NCBI GenBank assembly: GCA_016794035.1
Contig: JAEUHS010000058.1
Location: forward strand, 14,854-78,853
Source of the DNA: Planctomycetota bacterium
GTDB lineage: Bacteria; Planctomycetota; UBA1135; UBA2386
Length of the DNA stretch: 64,000 bases
Reading direction: 5' to 3'
Shown here: one piece after another, positions 44,088 to 53,026 of the stretch
How the letters are laid out: each line of letters begins with the position of its first letter
How positions within the stretch are numbered: the first letter of the stretch is position 1
Program-made: the position numbers and the translations under genes
The notes under the pieces: generated by a model
What the model saw: the letters and a program-made list of their open reading frames with translations, nothing else
Told to the model about the DNA's origin: nothing
Database searches by the model: none

Positions 44088-44107
44088 GCTGCCGCCCCGG
44101 CGGCAGC
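44088..44107. terminator. Bidirectional hairpin between convergent genes
   Basis: GCTGCCGCC-CC-GGCGGCAGC is a perfect 9-bp inverted repeat (effectively an 8-bp stem with a 4-nt loop). It lies 10 nt after the actin-like gene stop and 5 nt after the chorismate mutase stop. Confidence 0.4.
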
Positions 44108-44112
44108 CGCCT

Positions 44113-44385
44113 TCAGCCGAGTTCGCGCTGCAGCAGTGCGCGCGACTCGGCGAACACCAGCGCGAAGATGCGCTGCAGCGCCGCGCGGTCGAAGCCGCCG
44201 GCGGGCGTCGGCAGCGCCGCCAGCATGCTGGCCTCGCGCGCCGGATCGGCGAGCCCTCGACCCCGGGCCCGCTTCCAGGCGCCGATCGTGCGCGCCAGCC
44301 GCGCCCGCTCGTGCAGCACGGCGGCGAGCCGCGCGTTGCAGACGTCCATCGCGGCGCGCAGTTGTTCGAGTTCGTCGCTCGGCAT
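44113..44385 (-). CDS. Monofunctional chorismate mutase (AroQ class)
   Basis: 90 aa. LEQLRAAMDVCNARLAAVLHERARLARTIGAWKRARG...DPAREASML...IFALVFAESRALQ fits the three-helix AroQ CM_2 pattern (R in helix 1; DP.RE). Confidence 0.75.
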   Translation of the reverse strand: MPSDELEQLRAAMDVCNARLAAVLHERARLARTIGAWKRARGRGLADPAREASMLAALPTPAGGFDRAALQRIFALVFAESRALLQRELG

Positions 44386-44444
44386 GGCGGTGGGATGGGG
44401 GACGCGTTGCGGCGCGCCGCCCGCGCGGATACTACCGTTCGACC

Positions 44445-47054
44445 GTGGCCGACCGTCCGCACAAACCCGAGGTGCTCGCGCCGGCCGGCTCGATGCCGGC
44501 GCTGCTGGCCGCGCTGCGGCACGGCGCCGACGCGGTCTACTTCGGCCTGCAGGACGGCTTCAACGCCCGTGCGCGCGCGGCGAACTTCGCGCTGGCCGAC
44601 CTCGACGCGCTGGCGGCGCGCATCCACCGCGCCGGCGCGCGCGCCTACGTGACGCTGAACACGCTGGTGTTCGAACCCGAACTGCCGGCGATGGAGCGCG
44701 TGCTGCGGGCGATCGCGGCCGCGGGCGTCGACGCGCTGATCGTGCAAGATCCGGCGGTCTGCCTGCTGGCGCGCGCCGTCTGTCCCGAACTCGAGCTGCA
44801 CGCCTCCACGCAGATGACGATCGCCGAGCCGGCGGCGGCGGCGTTCGCGGCGGCGCTCGGCGTCACCCGCGTCGTCGTGCCGCGCGAGCTGTCGGTCGAC
44901 GAGATCCGCGCGTTCGCGGCCGGCACCGACCTCGAACTCGAGGTGTTCGTGCACGGGGCGCTGTGCGTGTCGTGGAGCGGCCAGTGCCTGACCAGCGAGG
45001 CCTGGGGCGGCCGTTCGGCGAACCGCGGCCAGTGCGCGCAGAGCTGCCGCATGCCGTACGAGCTGGTCGTCGACGGCCAGCGATGCGACCTCGGCGAGGT
45101 GCAGTACCTGCTGAGTCCGAAGGACCTCGCCGGGGCGCGCGCGGTGCCCGAGCTGCTGGCCGTCGGAGTGCACGGCCTCAAGATCGAGGGTCGGCAGAAG
45201 GGGCCGCAGTACGTCGCCACCGCGACCGGTGGCTACCGGCGCTGGGTCGACGCGCTCGTCGGCGGCGGCGATCGCAAGGCGGCGGAGCGGCAGCTGGCCG
45301 ACGACCTGCTGCAGATGTCGCTGTCGTACAGCCGCGGCTTCTCGGACGGGTTCCTCGGCGGCAGCGACCACCAGACGCTGGTCGAGGGCCGGTTTCCCAA
45401 GCACCGCGGCGTGCTGGTCGGTCGCGTGCTGCGGGTCAGCGGCGACGCGGTGGTCGTTGGCGCGGACGGCGAAGGGCGGCCGTGGACCGGCGCGCTGGCG
45501 CTCGCCGACCGGCCCGCGGGCCCGACCGGTGCCCGCAGCAGCTCGCTGCCGGCCGCCGGGGACGCGGCGCCGTTGTCGGTGCGTCCCGGCATGGGCGTGG
45601 TGTTCGACCAGGGCGACCCGGAGTCGAAGGACGAGCCCGGTGGCGCGGTGTTCTTCGTCGACCGGCAGGGGGACGAGCTGCGGTTGCGGTTCGGCGCGCC
45701 GGGGCCCGATCTGCGGCGGGTGCGCGCCGGCGACCGGGTGTGGGCGACCAACGATCCGGCGCTCGCGGCGGCGGTCGCGCGCGAGCTGCGCGACGAGACG
45801 GCGGAGCCGGAGGGGCGCCACCTGCTCGACCTTCGCGTCGCGGGCCGCCGCGGCGAGCCGTTGCGCGCCGTCGCCGCCTGTGGCGTTCACGTCGCCCGCG
45901 CGGCGACCACGAGCACGCTGCAGACCGCGCGTACCACCGGTCTCGACGGCACGGTGCTGCGCGACAAGCTGGGCGCGTTCGGCGGCACGCCGTTCCGCCT
46001 GCGCGAGCTCGACACGACCGCGCTCGAGCCGGGGCTGCACGTTCCGGCCAGCGAGCTGAAGGAGCTGCGGCGCGCGCTGGTCGCCGCGCTGCTGCCGCCG
46101 ATCGAACGCGGTCCCGTGCGCACCCTCGCTGCGCGGCCGGCGCTCGCGCGTGTGCGCCACGCGCAGCGCGACCTCGCGGCGGCGCCGCCGGCCGCACCGA
46201 CGGTCGTGCCGCTGGTGCGCGAGGACGCCCAGCTCGAGGCGGTGATCGCCGCTGGCTGCGGCGAGGTCGAACTCGACTGGATGGAGTTCACCGGCCTCGG
46301 CCGCGCCGTCGAACGGGCGCGCACCGCCGGCCTGCGCGTGACGATCGCGACGACGCGCATCGGCAAGCCCGGCGAGGAGGCGCTGGTCGAACGCATCCGC
46401 CGGCTCGCGCCCGACGCGATCCTGGTGCGGCACCTCGGCGCGCTGATGCGCTGTCTGGGCTTCCGGCGCGCCGGCGACACGTTCGCGCTGCACGGCGACT
46501 TCTCGCTGAACGCCACCAACTCGCTGGCGGCGCGCCACCTGCTGGCGCTGGGCCTCGACACGATCACGGCCTCGTTCGACCTCGACGAGCAGCAGCTGTT
46601 CGCGATGGTGGAGCACGTGCCCGCGGGCCGGATCGCGGTCGTCGCGCAGCACCGCATGCCGACGTTCCACACCGAGCACTGCGTCTACTCGCATCTGCTG
46701 AGCAACGGTCGCGACTTCCGTTCGTGCGGCCGCCCGTGCGAACGGCACCGCATCGCGCTGCGCGATCACCAGGGCCGCGAGCACCCCGTGATCGTCGACA
46801 TCGGCTGTCGCAACACCGTGTTCCACCACGCGCCGCAGCAGAGCGCCGCGTGGACCGGGCGCCTGCGACAGGCCGGCGTGCAGCGGTTCCGCGTCGAGTT
46901 CGTGCGCGAGGGTGCCGCCGAGGTCCTGCAGGTGCTCGCCGCGTTCCGCGACCTGCTGGCCGGCACGTGCGATCCGGCGGCGGTGGCGCAGCGCACCGGC
47001 GCGACCAGTCAGTTCGGCGTCGCGCAGGGCGGCATGCGGCTGCTGGCGGAGTGA
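44445..47054 (+). CDS. Peptidase-U32-family protein, long form (RlhA/YdcP-like, with C-terminal extensions)
   Basis: The GTG start at 44445 gives VADRPHKPEVLAPAGS. Motifs are GADAVYFGLQDGFNARARAANF, AYVTLNTLVFE, DALIVQDP, LHASTQM and the Cys-rich VHGALCVSWSGQCLTSEAWGGRSANRGQCAQSCR. It is about 869 aa. The start is uncertain. Confidence 0.8.
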   Translation: MADRPHKPEVLAPAGSMPALLAALRHGADAVYFGLQDGFNARARAANFALADLDALAARIHRAGARAYVTLNTLVFEPELPAMERVLRAIAAAGVDALIVQDPAVCLLARAVCPELELHASTQMTIAEPAAAAFAAALGVTRVVVPRELSVDEIRAFAAGTDLELEVFVHGALCVSWSGQCLTSEAWGGRSANRGQCAQSCRMPYELVVDGQRCDLGEVQYLLSPKDLAGARAVPELLAVGVHGLKIEGRQKGPQYVATATGGYRRWVDALVGGGDRKAAERQLADDLLQMSLSYSRGFSDGFLGGSDHQTLVEGRFPKHRGVLVGRVLRVSGDAVVVGADGEGRPWTGALALADRPAGPTGARSSSLPAAGDAAPLSVRPGMGVVFDQGDPESKDEPGGAVFFVDRQGDELRLRFGAPGPDLRRVRAGDRVWATNDPALAAAVARELRDETAEPEGRHLLDLRVAGRRGEPLRAVAACGVHVARAATTSTLQTARTTGLDGTVLRDKLGAFGGTPFRLRELDTTALEPGLHVPASELKELRRALVAALLPPIERGPVRTLAARPALARVRHAQRDLAAAPPAAPTVVPLVREDAQLEAVIAAGCGEVELDWMEFTGLGRAVERARTAGLRVTIATTRIGKPGEEALVERIRRLAPDAILVRHLGALMRCLGFRRAGDTFALHGDFSLNATNSLAARHLLALGLDTITASFDLDEQQLFAMVEHVPAGRIAVVAQHRMPTFHTEHCVYSHLLSNGRDFRSCGRPCERHRIALRDHQGREHPVIVDIGCRNTVFHHAPQQSAAWTGRLRQAGVQRFRVEFVREGAAEVLQVLAAFRDLLAGTCDPAAVAQRTGATSQFGVAQGGMRLLAE

Positions 47055-47061
47055 GCGCGCG

Positions 47062-47481
47062 TCAGGTCCCGGGCGGCGCCGCGCGCGGCGCCGTGAGCCG
47101 CAGCAGGAAGCCGCAGTAGCACACCGCATAGGCGCAGGCCCCGTGCCAGACGGTGCGCAGCCACAGGCTGGTCTCGCTCGGGTGCTGGCTCTCGACGAAC
47201 AGCTCGAGCAGGCCGCCGAGCAGCCCGGCCGGCACCGCGACGACCGCCGCCGCCAGGGCCGCCAGCGTCACCGGGTTCGAATCGGGTGGCAGCTTGGGCA
47301 TCGGGGCGGGTCGGCTCAGGCGCCGCCCGACTACGTGCAGCGAGAACGCGCCGGCGACGACCACCAGCCACTCCGTCGCGGACAGCGCGATGCCGCGGAA
47401 GTGGGCGACGCCGGCGATCCAGAGCAAGGCCACCAGCACCGGGCACAGGCCCAGGATGCGACGGAACCATCGATTCGACAT
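47062..47481 (-). CDS. Hypothetical membrane protein (4 predicted TM segments)
   Basis: 139 aa, strongly hydrophobic, with high GC3. I recognise no family. Confidence 0.5.
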   Translation of the reverse strand: MSNRWFRRILGLCPVLVALLWIAGVAHFRGIALSATEWLVVVAGAFSLHVVGRRLSRPAPMPKLPPDSNPVTLAALAAAVVAVPAGLLGGLLELFVESQHPSETSLWLRTVWHGACAYAVCYCGFLLRLTAPRAAPPGT

Positions 47482-47494
47482 CGGCAGCCTCGAC

Positions 47495-47821
47495 CTAGAG
47501 CGTGATCACCTTCGCCGCGCGGCCCAGCTCGCGCAGGATCGTGTCCATGTCCGCGACCTTGCCGACGGCCGGCGTGATGCCGAAGTGCTGCAGGCAGGTG
47601 CCGCACGGCACCAGGTCGACGCCGCGTTCCTCCAGCAGCCGCAGCTCGGTCAGCACCGGCGAGTCCGCGGCCACCAGCCTGACGCCGCCGTTGAAGAACA
47701 CGATGGCGGTGAAGTCGGGCAGGCTGATCGACTTCTTCAGGAACGTGCCGAGGATCTTCTGGCCGAGCGGGCGGTCCCCGTGGCCCATCTGGTCCTGGTT
47801 CAAGACGACGATCGTGTCCAT
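47495..47821 (-). CDS. DsrE-like protein resembling the C-terminal domain of selenium-metabolism protein YedF
   Basis: MDTIVVLNQDQMGHGDRPLGQKILGTFLKKS...IVFFNGGVRLVAADSPVLTELRLLEERGVDLVPCGTCLQHFGI...VGKVADMDTI. This matches my recollection of the DsrE-like half of the YedF selenium-metabolism family (the ...G.G...LG..L...F...FlN.GV.L......L..L...GV.i..CGTCL...... pattern). There is no SirA/TusA-like N-domain. An alternative ATG lies at 47860. Confidence 0.55.
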   Translation of the reverse strand: MDTIVVLNQDQMGHGDRPLGQKILGTFLKKSISLPDFTAIVFFNGGVRLVAADSPVLTELRLLEERGVDLVPCGTCLQHFGITPAVGKVADMDTILRELGRAAKVITL

Positions 47822-47931
47822 CGCGGCATCGTCGTCAGCCGGCGGCCGGCCCGCCAGCATCGAACATCGTGCTTTCGCGGCGGCGGTGCCATCCGTAGCC
47901 TCAGCGGCCTGCGCCGCTCTACCGAAACCTC

Positions 47932-49197
47932 ATGAACGTCCTCGTCGTCGGCTCCGGTGGCCGTGAGCACGCCCTGTGCTGGAAGATCCGGCAGTCGCCC
48001 CTGGTCGAGCGGCTGTTCTGCGCGCCTGGCAACCCCGGCACCGCCGCGGTGGCCGACAACGTCGACGTCGCCGCCGAGGACCTGCAGGGCCTGCTGCGGT
48101 TCGCGCAGGCCGAGCAGATCGACCTGACGGTGGTCGGGCCCGAGGGGCCGCTCTGCGACGGCATCGTCGACGTGTTCCGGCAGCACAAGCGGCTCTGCTT
48201 CGGCCCGGACAAGCTGGCCGCCGAGATCGAGGGCAGCAAGTCGTTCGCGCGCGAGCTGTGTCGCAAGCACCGCATTCCGGGACCGAACTACTGGACCTTC
48301 GACGACCACCTGCTGGCGCGGTCGTTCCTCGACAATCGCGACGACGGGCCGATCGTCGTCAAGGCGTCGGGCCTCGCCGCCGGCAAGGGCGTCACCGTCT
48401 GCAGGAACAGCGAGGAGGCCAAGGTCGCGGCCGCCGAGTGCCTCGAGAAGCAGCGCTTCGGCAAGGCGGGGGCCACGGTCGTGTTCGAGGAGTTCCTCGA
48501 GGGCACCGAGGTGTCGGTGATCACGCTGACCGACGGCGAGACGATCGTGCCGCTGGAGACCGCGCAGGACCACAAGGCGGTCGGCGACGGCGACAAGGGG
48601 CCCAACACCGGCGGCATGGGCGTGGTGACGCCGGTGACCGTGATGCCGCGCATGGCGGCGCAGATCGAGAGCCAGATCGTGTTCCCGACCGTGCACGCGC
48701 TGAACCGTGAGGGACGCCGGTATCGCGGTTTCCTCTACAGCGGCCTGATGCTGACCGCGCAGGGCCCGCGCGTGCTGGAGTACAACTGCCGGCTCGGCGA
48801 CCCCGAGACGCAGCCGCTGCTGCTGCGACTGCAGAGCGATCTGGTGCCGCTGCTGCTGGCCACCGCCGAAGGCAAGCTGGCGAGCCAGCAGGCACCGGTC
48901 TGGGACCCGCGCCCGGCGGTCTGCGTCGTCGCCTGCAGCGGCGGCTACCCCGGCGCCTACAAGCAGGGCGTGCCGATCTTCGGGCTCGGTCGCATCCAGA
49001 CCGGTCCCGAGCTGCAGGTCTTCCACGCCGGCACGGCGAAGAAGGGCGGCGACCTGCAGACCGCAGGCGGCCGCGTGCTGGCGGTGACGGCGCTCGGGGC
49101 CGACGTCGAAGCCGCGCGTCGGTCCGCCTACGCAGCGCTCGAGCAGATCGAGTTCGAGGGCATGCACTACCGATCCGACATCGGTCGGCGGGGGTGA
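47932..49197 (+). CDS. purD: Phosphoribosylamine--glycine ligase
   Basis: 421 aa. Motifs are MNVLVVGSGGREHAL, PGNPGTA, VVKASGLAAGKGV, GPNTGGMG, LYSGLMLT..GP.VLEYNCRLGDPE and GGRVL. Confidence 0.95.
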   Translation: MNVLVVGSGGREHALCWKIRQSPLVERLFCAPGNPGTAAVADNVDVAAEDLQGLLRFAQAEQIDLTVVGPEGPLCDGIVDVFRQHKRLCFGPDKLAAEIEGSKSFARELCRKHRIPGPNYWTFDDHLLARSFLDNRDDGPIVVKASGLAAGKGVTVCRNSEEAKVAAAECLEKQRFGKAGATVVFEEFLEGTEVSVITLTDGETIVPLETAQDHKAVGDGDKGPNTGGMGVVTPVTVMPRMAAQIESQIVFPTVHALNREGRRYRGFLYSGLMLTAQGPRVLEYNCRLGDPETQPLLLRLQSDLVPLLLATAEGKLASQQAPVWDPRPAVCVVACSGGYPGAYKQGVPIFGLGRIQTGPELQVFHAGTAKKGGDLQTAGGRVLAVTALGADVEAARRSAYAALEQIEFEGMHYRSDIGRRG

Positions 49198-49198
49198 G

Positions 49199-49684
49199 AT
49201 GGTCGCGGCCGTGCGCTATCCTGCCGGGCCGGTGAGGCCCGAGCAGGAACAGCACATCGTCGAGAGCCACCTGCGCCAGCGCGGCTTCCGCTGGACGACC
49301 CAGCGCGCCCTGATCGTGCGCATGGCGCTGGGCACGCACGACCACTTCACCGCCGAGAACCTGCTCGAGCGTTGCCGCAAGATCGCGCCGAAGGTCTCGC
49401 GCGCCACCGTCTACCGCACGTTGGCGGTGCTCGAAGAGGCCGGCTTCGTCGCGGGCCTCGACACCGGCGGCGGCGGCCGGCGCTTCGAGCACGTGCTCGG
49501 CCACGAACACCACGACCACATGGTGTGCACTGTGTGCGGCCGTATCTTCGAGTTCCGTGACGGGGAGCTCGAACGGCGGCAGGAGATCGCCGCGCGCCGG
49601 ATCGGCTTCCGCATCGAACGCCACAGCCTGCGCATCCACGGCACCTGCCGCGCCTGCCAGCGCGCCCAGCGGGGGGGGACGTGA
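49199..49684 (+). CDS. Fur-family transcriptional regulator
   Basis: 161 aa. The winged-helix part is SRATVYRTLAVLEEAGFV. The metal sites are HEHHDHMVCTVCGRIFEF and HGTCRAC. It starts 1 nt after the purD stop. Confidence 0.8.
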   Translation: MVAAVRYPAGPVRPEQEQHIVESHLRQRGFRWTTQRALIVRMALGTHDHFTAENLLERCRKIAPKVSRATVYRTLAVLEEAGFVAGLDTGGGGRRFEHVLGHEHHDHMVCTVCGRIFEFRDGELERRQEIAARRIGFRIERHSLRIHGTCRACQRAQRGGT

Positions 49685-51075
49685 CGTCGGCGCGGGTGCT
49701 GGTGGTCGACGACGAACCGGACCTGGCCGAATCGTGCGCCTGGTTCCTCGAACGCGCCGGCTACGCGGCACGCACCGCGAACTCCGCGGCGCAGGCGCTG
49801 GAGCGCATGGCGGCGGAGCCGTTCGCGGTCGTCGTCACCGACGTGCGCATGCCGCGCATGACCGGCATGGAGCTGCTGGGCGCGATCAAGCAGCGCGACC
49901 CCGACGTCGAGGTGCTGCTGCTGACGGGCTATCCGGACCTGCAGATGGCGGTCGCGGCGATCAAGCAGGGAGCGTTCGACTACCTGGCCAAGCCCTATGC
50001 CGAGAAGGACCTGCTCGAGCGCGTCGCCAAGGCGCTCGCGCATCGGCAGATGAAGGACCGGAACGAGGGCCTGAAGGAGCGCCTGCGTTCGGGGGTCGAA
50101 GGGCGCCGGCTGATCCACCGCTCGACGGCGTTCGCCGACGTCGTGCGCATGGTGGAACGCGCGGCGCGCACCGACGCCTCGGTGCTGCTGCTCGGCGAGA
50201 GCGGCACCGGCAAGGAGCTGCTCGCGCACCACCTGCACGACAGCAGCGCGCGCGTGGACAAGCCGTTCGTGCCGGTCGACTGCGCGTCGATCCCCGCCGA
50301 ACTGGTCGAGAGCGAACTGTTCGGCCACGTCAAGGGCGCCTTCACCGGCGCCGCCGGCGACAAGCTGGGCCTGTTCCAGGTCGCCGACGGCGGCACGTTG
50401 TTCTTCGACGAGGTCGGCGAACTGCCGCTGACGTTCCAGCCCAAGCTGCTGCGCGCGATCCAGGAACGGTCGGTGCGGCCGGTCGGCGGCAGCGAACAGC
50501 TCGCGGTCGACGTGCGCATCGTCGCCGCGACCAACCGCAACCTGCAGCGCGAGGTCGACGAGGGCCGCTTCCGCGCCGACCTGTTCTACCGGCTCGACGT
50601 GGTGCGCATCGACGTGCCGCCGCTGCGCGGCCGTCCCGGCTGCGTCGATGCGCTGCTCGAACACTTCCTGCAGCGCTTCGGCGGCCCGCACGGCATCGAT
50701 CGCGTGGCGCCGGCGGCGATGGAGGTGCTGCGCGCCTGCCACTGGCCCGGCAACGTGCGGCAGCTGCGCAACGCGATCGAGCGCGCCTGTGCGCTCGGCC
50801 ATGCGCCCGAGCTGCGGCTCGAGGACCTGCCGCCCGAACTGCGTGACGGCGGGCAGGCCGCGGCCAGCGACGTCGACAGCGGCGCCGCCTCCGGCACCTT
50901 CCAGGAGATGAAGGCGCGCCGCATCGCGGCGATGGAACAGAGCTACCTCGAAGGGCTGCTGAAGAAGCACCAGGGCAACGTCACGCACTGCAGCGAGGAG
51001 GCCGGCATGGCCCGCAGCGCGTTCCAGAAGCTGATGCAGAAGTACGGCATCCGCAGCAGCGACTTCCGCACGTGA
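49681..51075 (+). CDS. Sigma-54-dependent response regulator (NtrC family)
   Basis: The receiver is VLVVDDEPD...[16 protein letters not shown]...LTGY. The AAA+ part is [17 protein letters not shown] and [18 protein letters not shown]-terminal HTH is present. The GTGA overlaps the Fur-family gene stop. Confidence 0.9.
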   Translation: MTSARVLVVDDEPDLAESCAWFLERAGYAARTANSAAQALERMAAEPFAVVVTDVRMPRMTGMELLGAIKQRDPDVEVLLLTGYPDLQMAVAAIKQGAFDYLAKPYAEKDLLERVAKALAHRQMKDRNEGLKERLRSGVEGRRLIHRSTAFADVVRMVERAARTDASVLLLGESGTGKELLAHHLHDSSARVDKPFVPVDCASIPAELVESELFGHVKGAFTGAAGDKLGLFQVADGGTLFFDEVGELPLTFQPKLLRAIQERSVRPVGGSEQLAVDVRIVAATNRNLQREVDEGRFRADLFYRLDVVRIDVPPLRGRPGCVDALLEHFLQRFGGPHGIDRVAPAAMEVLRACHWPGNVRQLRNAIERACALGHAPELRLEDLPPELRDGGQAAASDVDSGAASGTFQEMKARRIAAMEQSYLEGLLKKHQGNVTHCSEEAGMARSAFQKLMQKYGIRSSDFRT

Positions 51076-51087
51076 TGGCCGCGTGCG

Positions 51088-51867
51088 TCAGCGCGCCCTG
51101 GCCACGGCCGACCGTTCGCCGAGCAGCACGCTCGGCTTCTTCGGCGGGGTCAGATGCCGCGCCGCACCGGCCTGCACGTGGGCGACGGCCTCGGCGACGT
51201 CGTCGGTGAGCAGGATGCGGTCGAGGTCGGCGGCGGCGATGGTGCCGTGCGTCACCATCGTGTCGCGCAGGAACGCGAGCAGCGGCTGCCAGAACTCGAC
51301 GCCCATCAGCACCAGCGGGAAGTCCTCGATCTTCCGGGTCTGGATCAGCGTCGCCGCCTCGAACAGTTCGTCCATGGTGCCGAAGCCGCCGGGCAGCACC
51401 ACGAAGGCGTAGCTGTATTTCACCAGCATCACCTTGCGGACGAAGAAGTAGCGGAACTCGAGGAAGCGATCGAGATACGGGTTCGGCTGCTGCTCGTGTG
51501 GCAGCGTGATGTTGCAGCCGACGCTGAGCCCGCCCGTCTCGCGCGCGCCGCGGTTGGCCGCCTCCATGATGCCGGGGCCACCGCCGGTCATCACCGTCAG
51601 CCCCGCCTGCGCCAGCCCGGCGCCCAGCTTGCGCGCCAGCTGGTAGTGGGGGTGGTCCTCACCGAAGCGAGCCGAGCCGAACACCGTCACGCACGGCGGC
51701 AGGAAGTGCAGCGCGCGGAAGCCCTTGATGAACTCGCCGAAGATCCGGACCGCGCGCAGGAACTCGCCGACACGGCTGCGGGGACCGGCGAGGAAGTGCC
51801 GTTCGCCGGGGTCGCGCGAGGTCTTGCCCCACTCGTGCCGGTGCGGCGGCTGGGCGGGGGACGTCAT
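51088..51867 (-). CDS. LOG-family / TIGR00730 Rossmann-fold nucleotide-binding protein
   Basis: Motifs are [25 protein letters not shown] and [14 protein letters not shown]. Confidence 0.85.
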   Translation of the reverse strand: MTSPAQPPHRHEWGKTSRDPGERHFLAGPRSRVGEFLRAVRIFGEFIKGFRALHFLPPCVTVFGSARFGEDHPHYQLARKLGAGLAQAGLTVMTGGGPGIMEAANRGARETGGLSVGCNITLPHEQQPNPYLDRFLEFRYFFVRKVMLVKYSYAFVVLPGGFGTMDELFEAATLIQTRKIEDFPLVLMGVEFWQPLLAFLRDTMVTHGTIAAADLDRILLTDDVAEAVAHVQAGAARHLTPPKKPSVLLGERSAVARAR

Positions 51868-51964
51868 CGGCAGGCCAGTCCGAGTGCTTCCCGGCCGGTC
51901 GACAGGTGCCCGATCGCGGCGCGACGCCGCGCACGATCCGCCCCGCCAGACCGGTGCGCGACCA

Positions 51965-52165
51965 TCACTTCTTCTTGCCGTCCTTCTTGGTGCCGCCGGA
52001 GAGCAGCAGGATCAGGCCCAGCACGGTGGCGCCGCCGCGGATGCCCCAGGCGGCGGGCTCGCCCCACGTGCCGATCCAGGCCAGTTGCTCGACCTGCATC
52101 GCCATGAAGTGCACGACGAGGGTGGCGACGCCGAACGAGAACAGCAGCAGACCGAGCATGCGCAT
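51965..52165 (-). CDS. Small membrane protein (2 TM helices, Lys-rich tail)
   Basis: 66 aa with very high GC3. The sequence is [23 protein letters not shown]...[23 protein letters not shown]. Confidence 0.4.
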   Translation of the reverse strand: MRMLGLLLFSFGVATLVVHFMAMQVEQLAWIGTWGEPAAWGIRGGATVLGLILLLSGGTKKDGKKK

Positions 52166-52225
52166 GGCGCCGCAGAATAGCGGTCGCGCCGGCGACGGCC
52201 CAACGCCGAGTGGCGGCTTCGCCGC

Positions 52226-53026
52226 TCAGCCTTCCGCCCGGGCGAGCCGCACCATCTCGCGGAACACCACCATGCCGTCGCCGTCGAGCGGCAGCTGGCC
52301 GCGCTCGATCTGGGTGCGGCGCCAGTCGGGCATGTGCGTCGGCAGGTAGCTGCGATCGGGGTGCGGCATCACACCGAGCACGCGGCCGCTGCGATCGGTC
52401 AGGCCCGCCATGGCGAGCGGCGTGCCGTTCGGGTTCTGCGGGTAGCGTTCGGTCGGCTGACCCTGTGCGTCGACGTAGAGCGCCGCGGCGTAGCCCTCGT
52501 CGAGCAGCAGCCGCTGCAGCGCCGGATCGCGTGCGACCAGGCGGCCTTCGCCGTGCGCCGCCGGCCAGCGCAACGTCAAGCCGGCCGGCAGGAACAGGCA
52601 GCGCGACTTCGTCGTCTGCAGCGTGACCCAGCGACACTCGTAGTGGTTGCTGAGGTTGTGCGTCAGCGTCACTTCCTCCTCGAGCCTGCCCTGGGTGCAC
52701 GGCAGCAGGCCGAGCCGGACCAGCACCTGGAAGCCGTTGCAGATGCCGAGCACGAGCCCGCCGCGCTGGGTGAACTTCAGGATGCGTTCGCCGAGCGCGG
52801 CCTTGATCTCCTGCGCCAGCACGCGGCCCGAGCTGATGTCGTCGCCGTACGAGAAGCCGCCCGGTACGGCGAGGATCGCATACGCGTCGAGCCGTTCGGG
52901 CTGCGCCAGCAGCTGCTGGCTGTGCACGAACGAAGGTGCGCCGCCGGCACGCGCGAACGCGTGCAGCGTCTCGCGTTCGCAGTTGATGCCGGGCGCGCGC
53001 AGGATCAGGCACTTGGGCGCGCTCAT
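52226..53026 (-). CDS. purQ: Phosphoribosylformylglycinamidine synthase, glutamine amidotransferase subunit
   Basis: MSAPKCLILRAPGINCERE..., the nucleophile in GICNGFQVL, and MPHPDR. The ATGA overlaps the purL stop. Confidence 0.9.
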   Translation of the reverse strand: MSAPKCLILRAPGINCERETLHAFARAGGAPSFVHSQQLLAQPERLDAYAILAVPGGFSYGDDISSGRVLAQEIKAALGERILKFTQRGGLVLGICNGFQVLVRLGLLPCTQGRLEEEVTLTHNLSNHYECRWVTLQTTKSRCLFLPAGLTLRWPAAHGEGRLVARDPALQRLLLDEGYAAALYVDAQGQPTERYPQNPNGTPLAMAGLTDRSGRVLGVMPHPDRSYLPTHMPDWRRTQIERGQLPLDGDGMVVFREMVRLARAEG

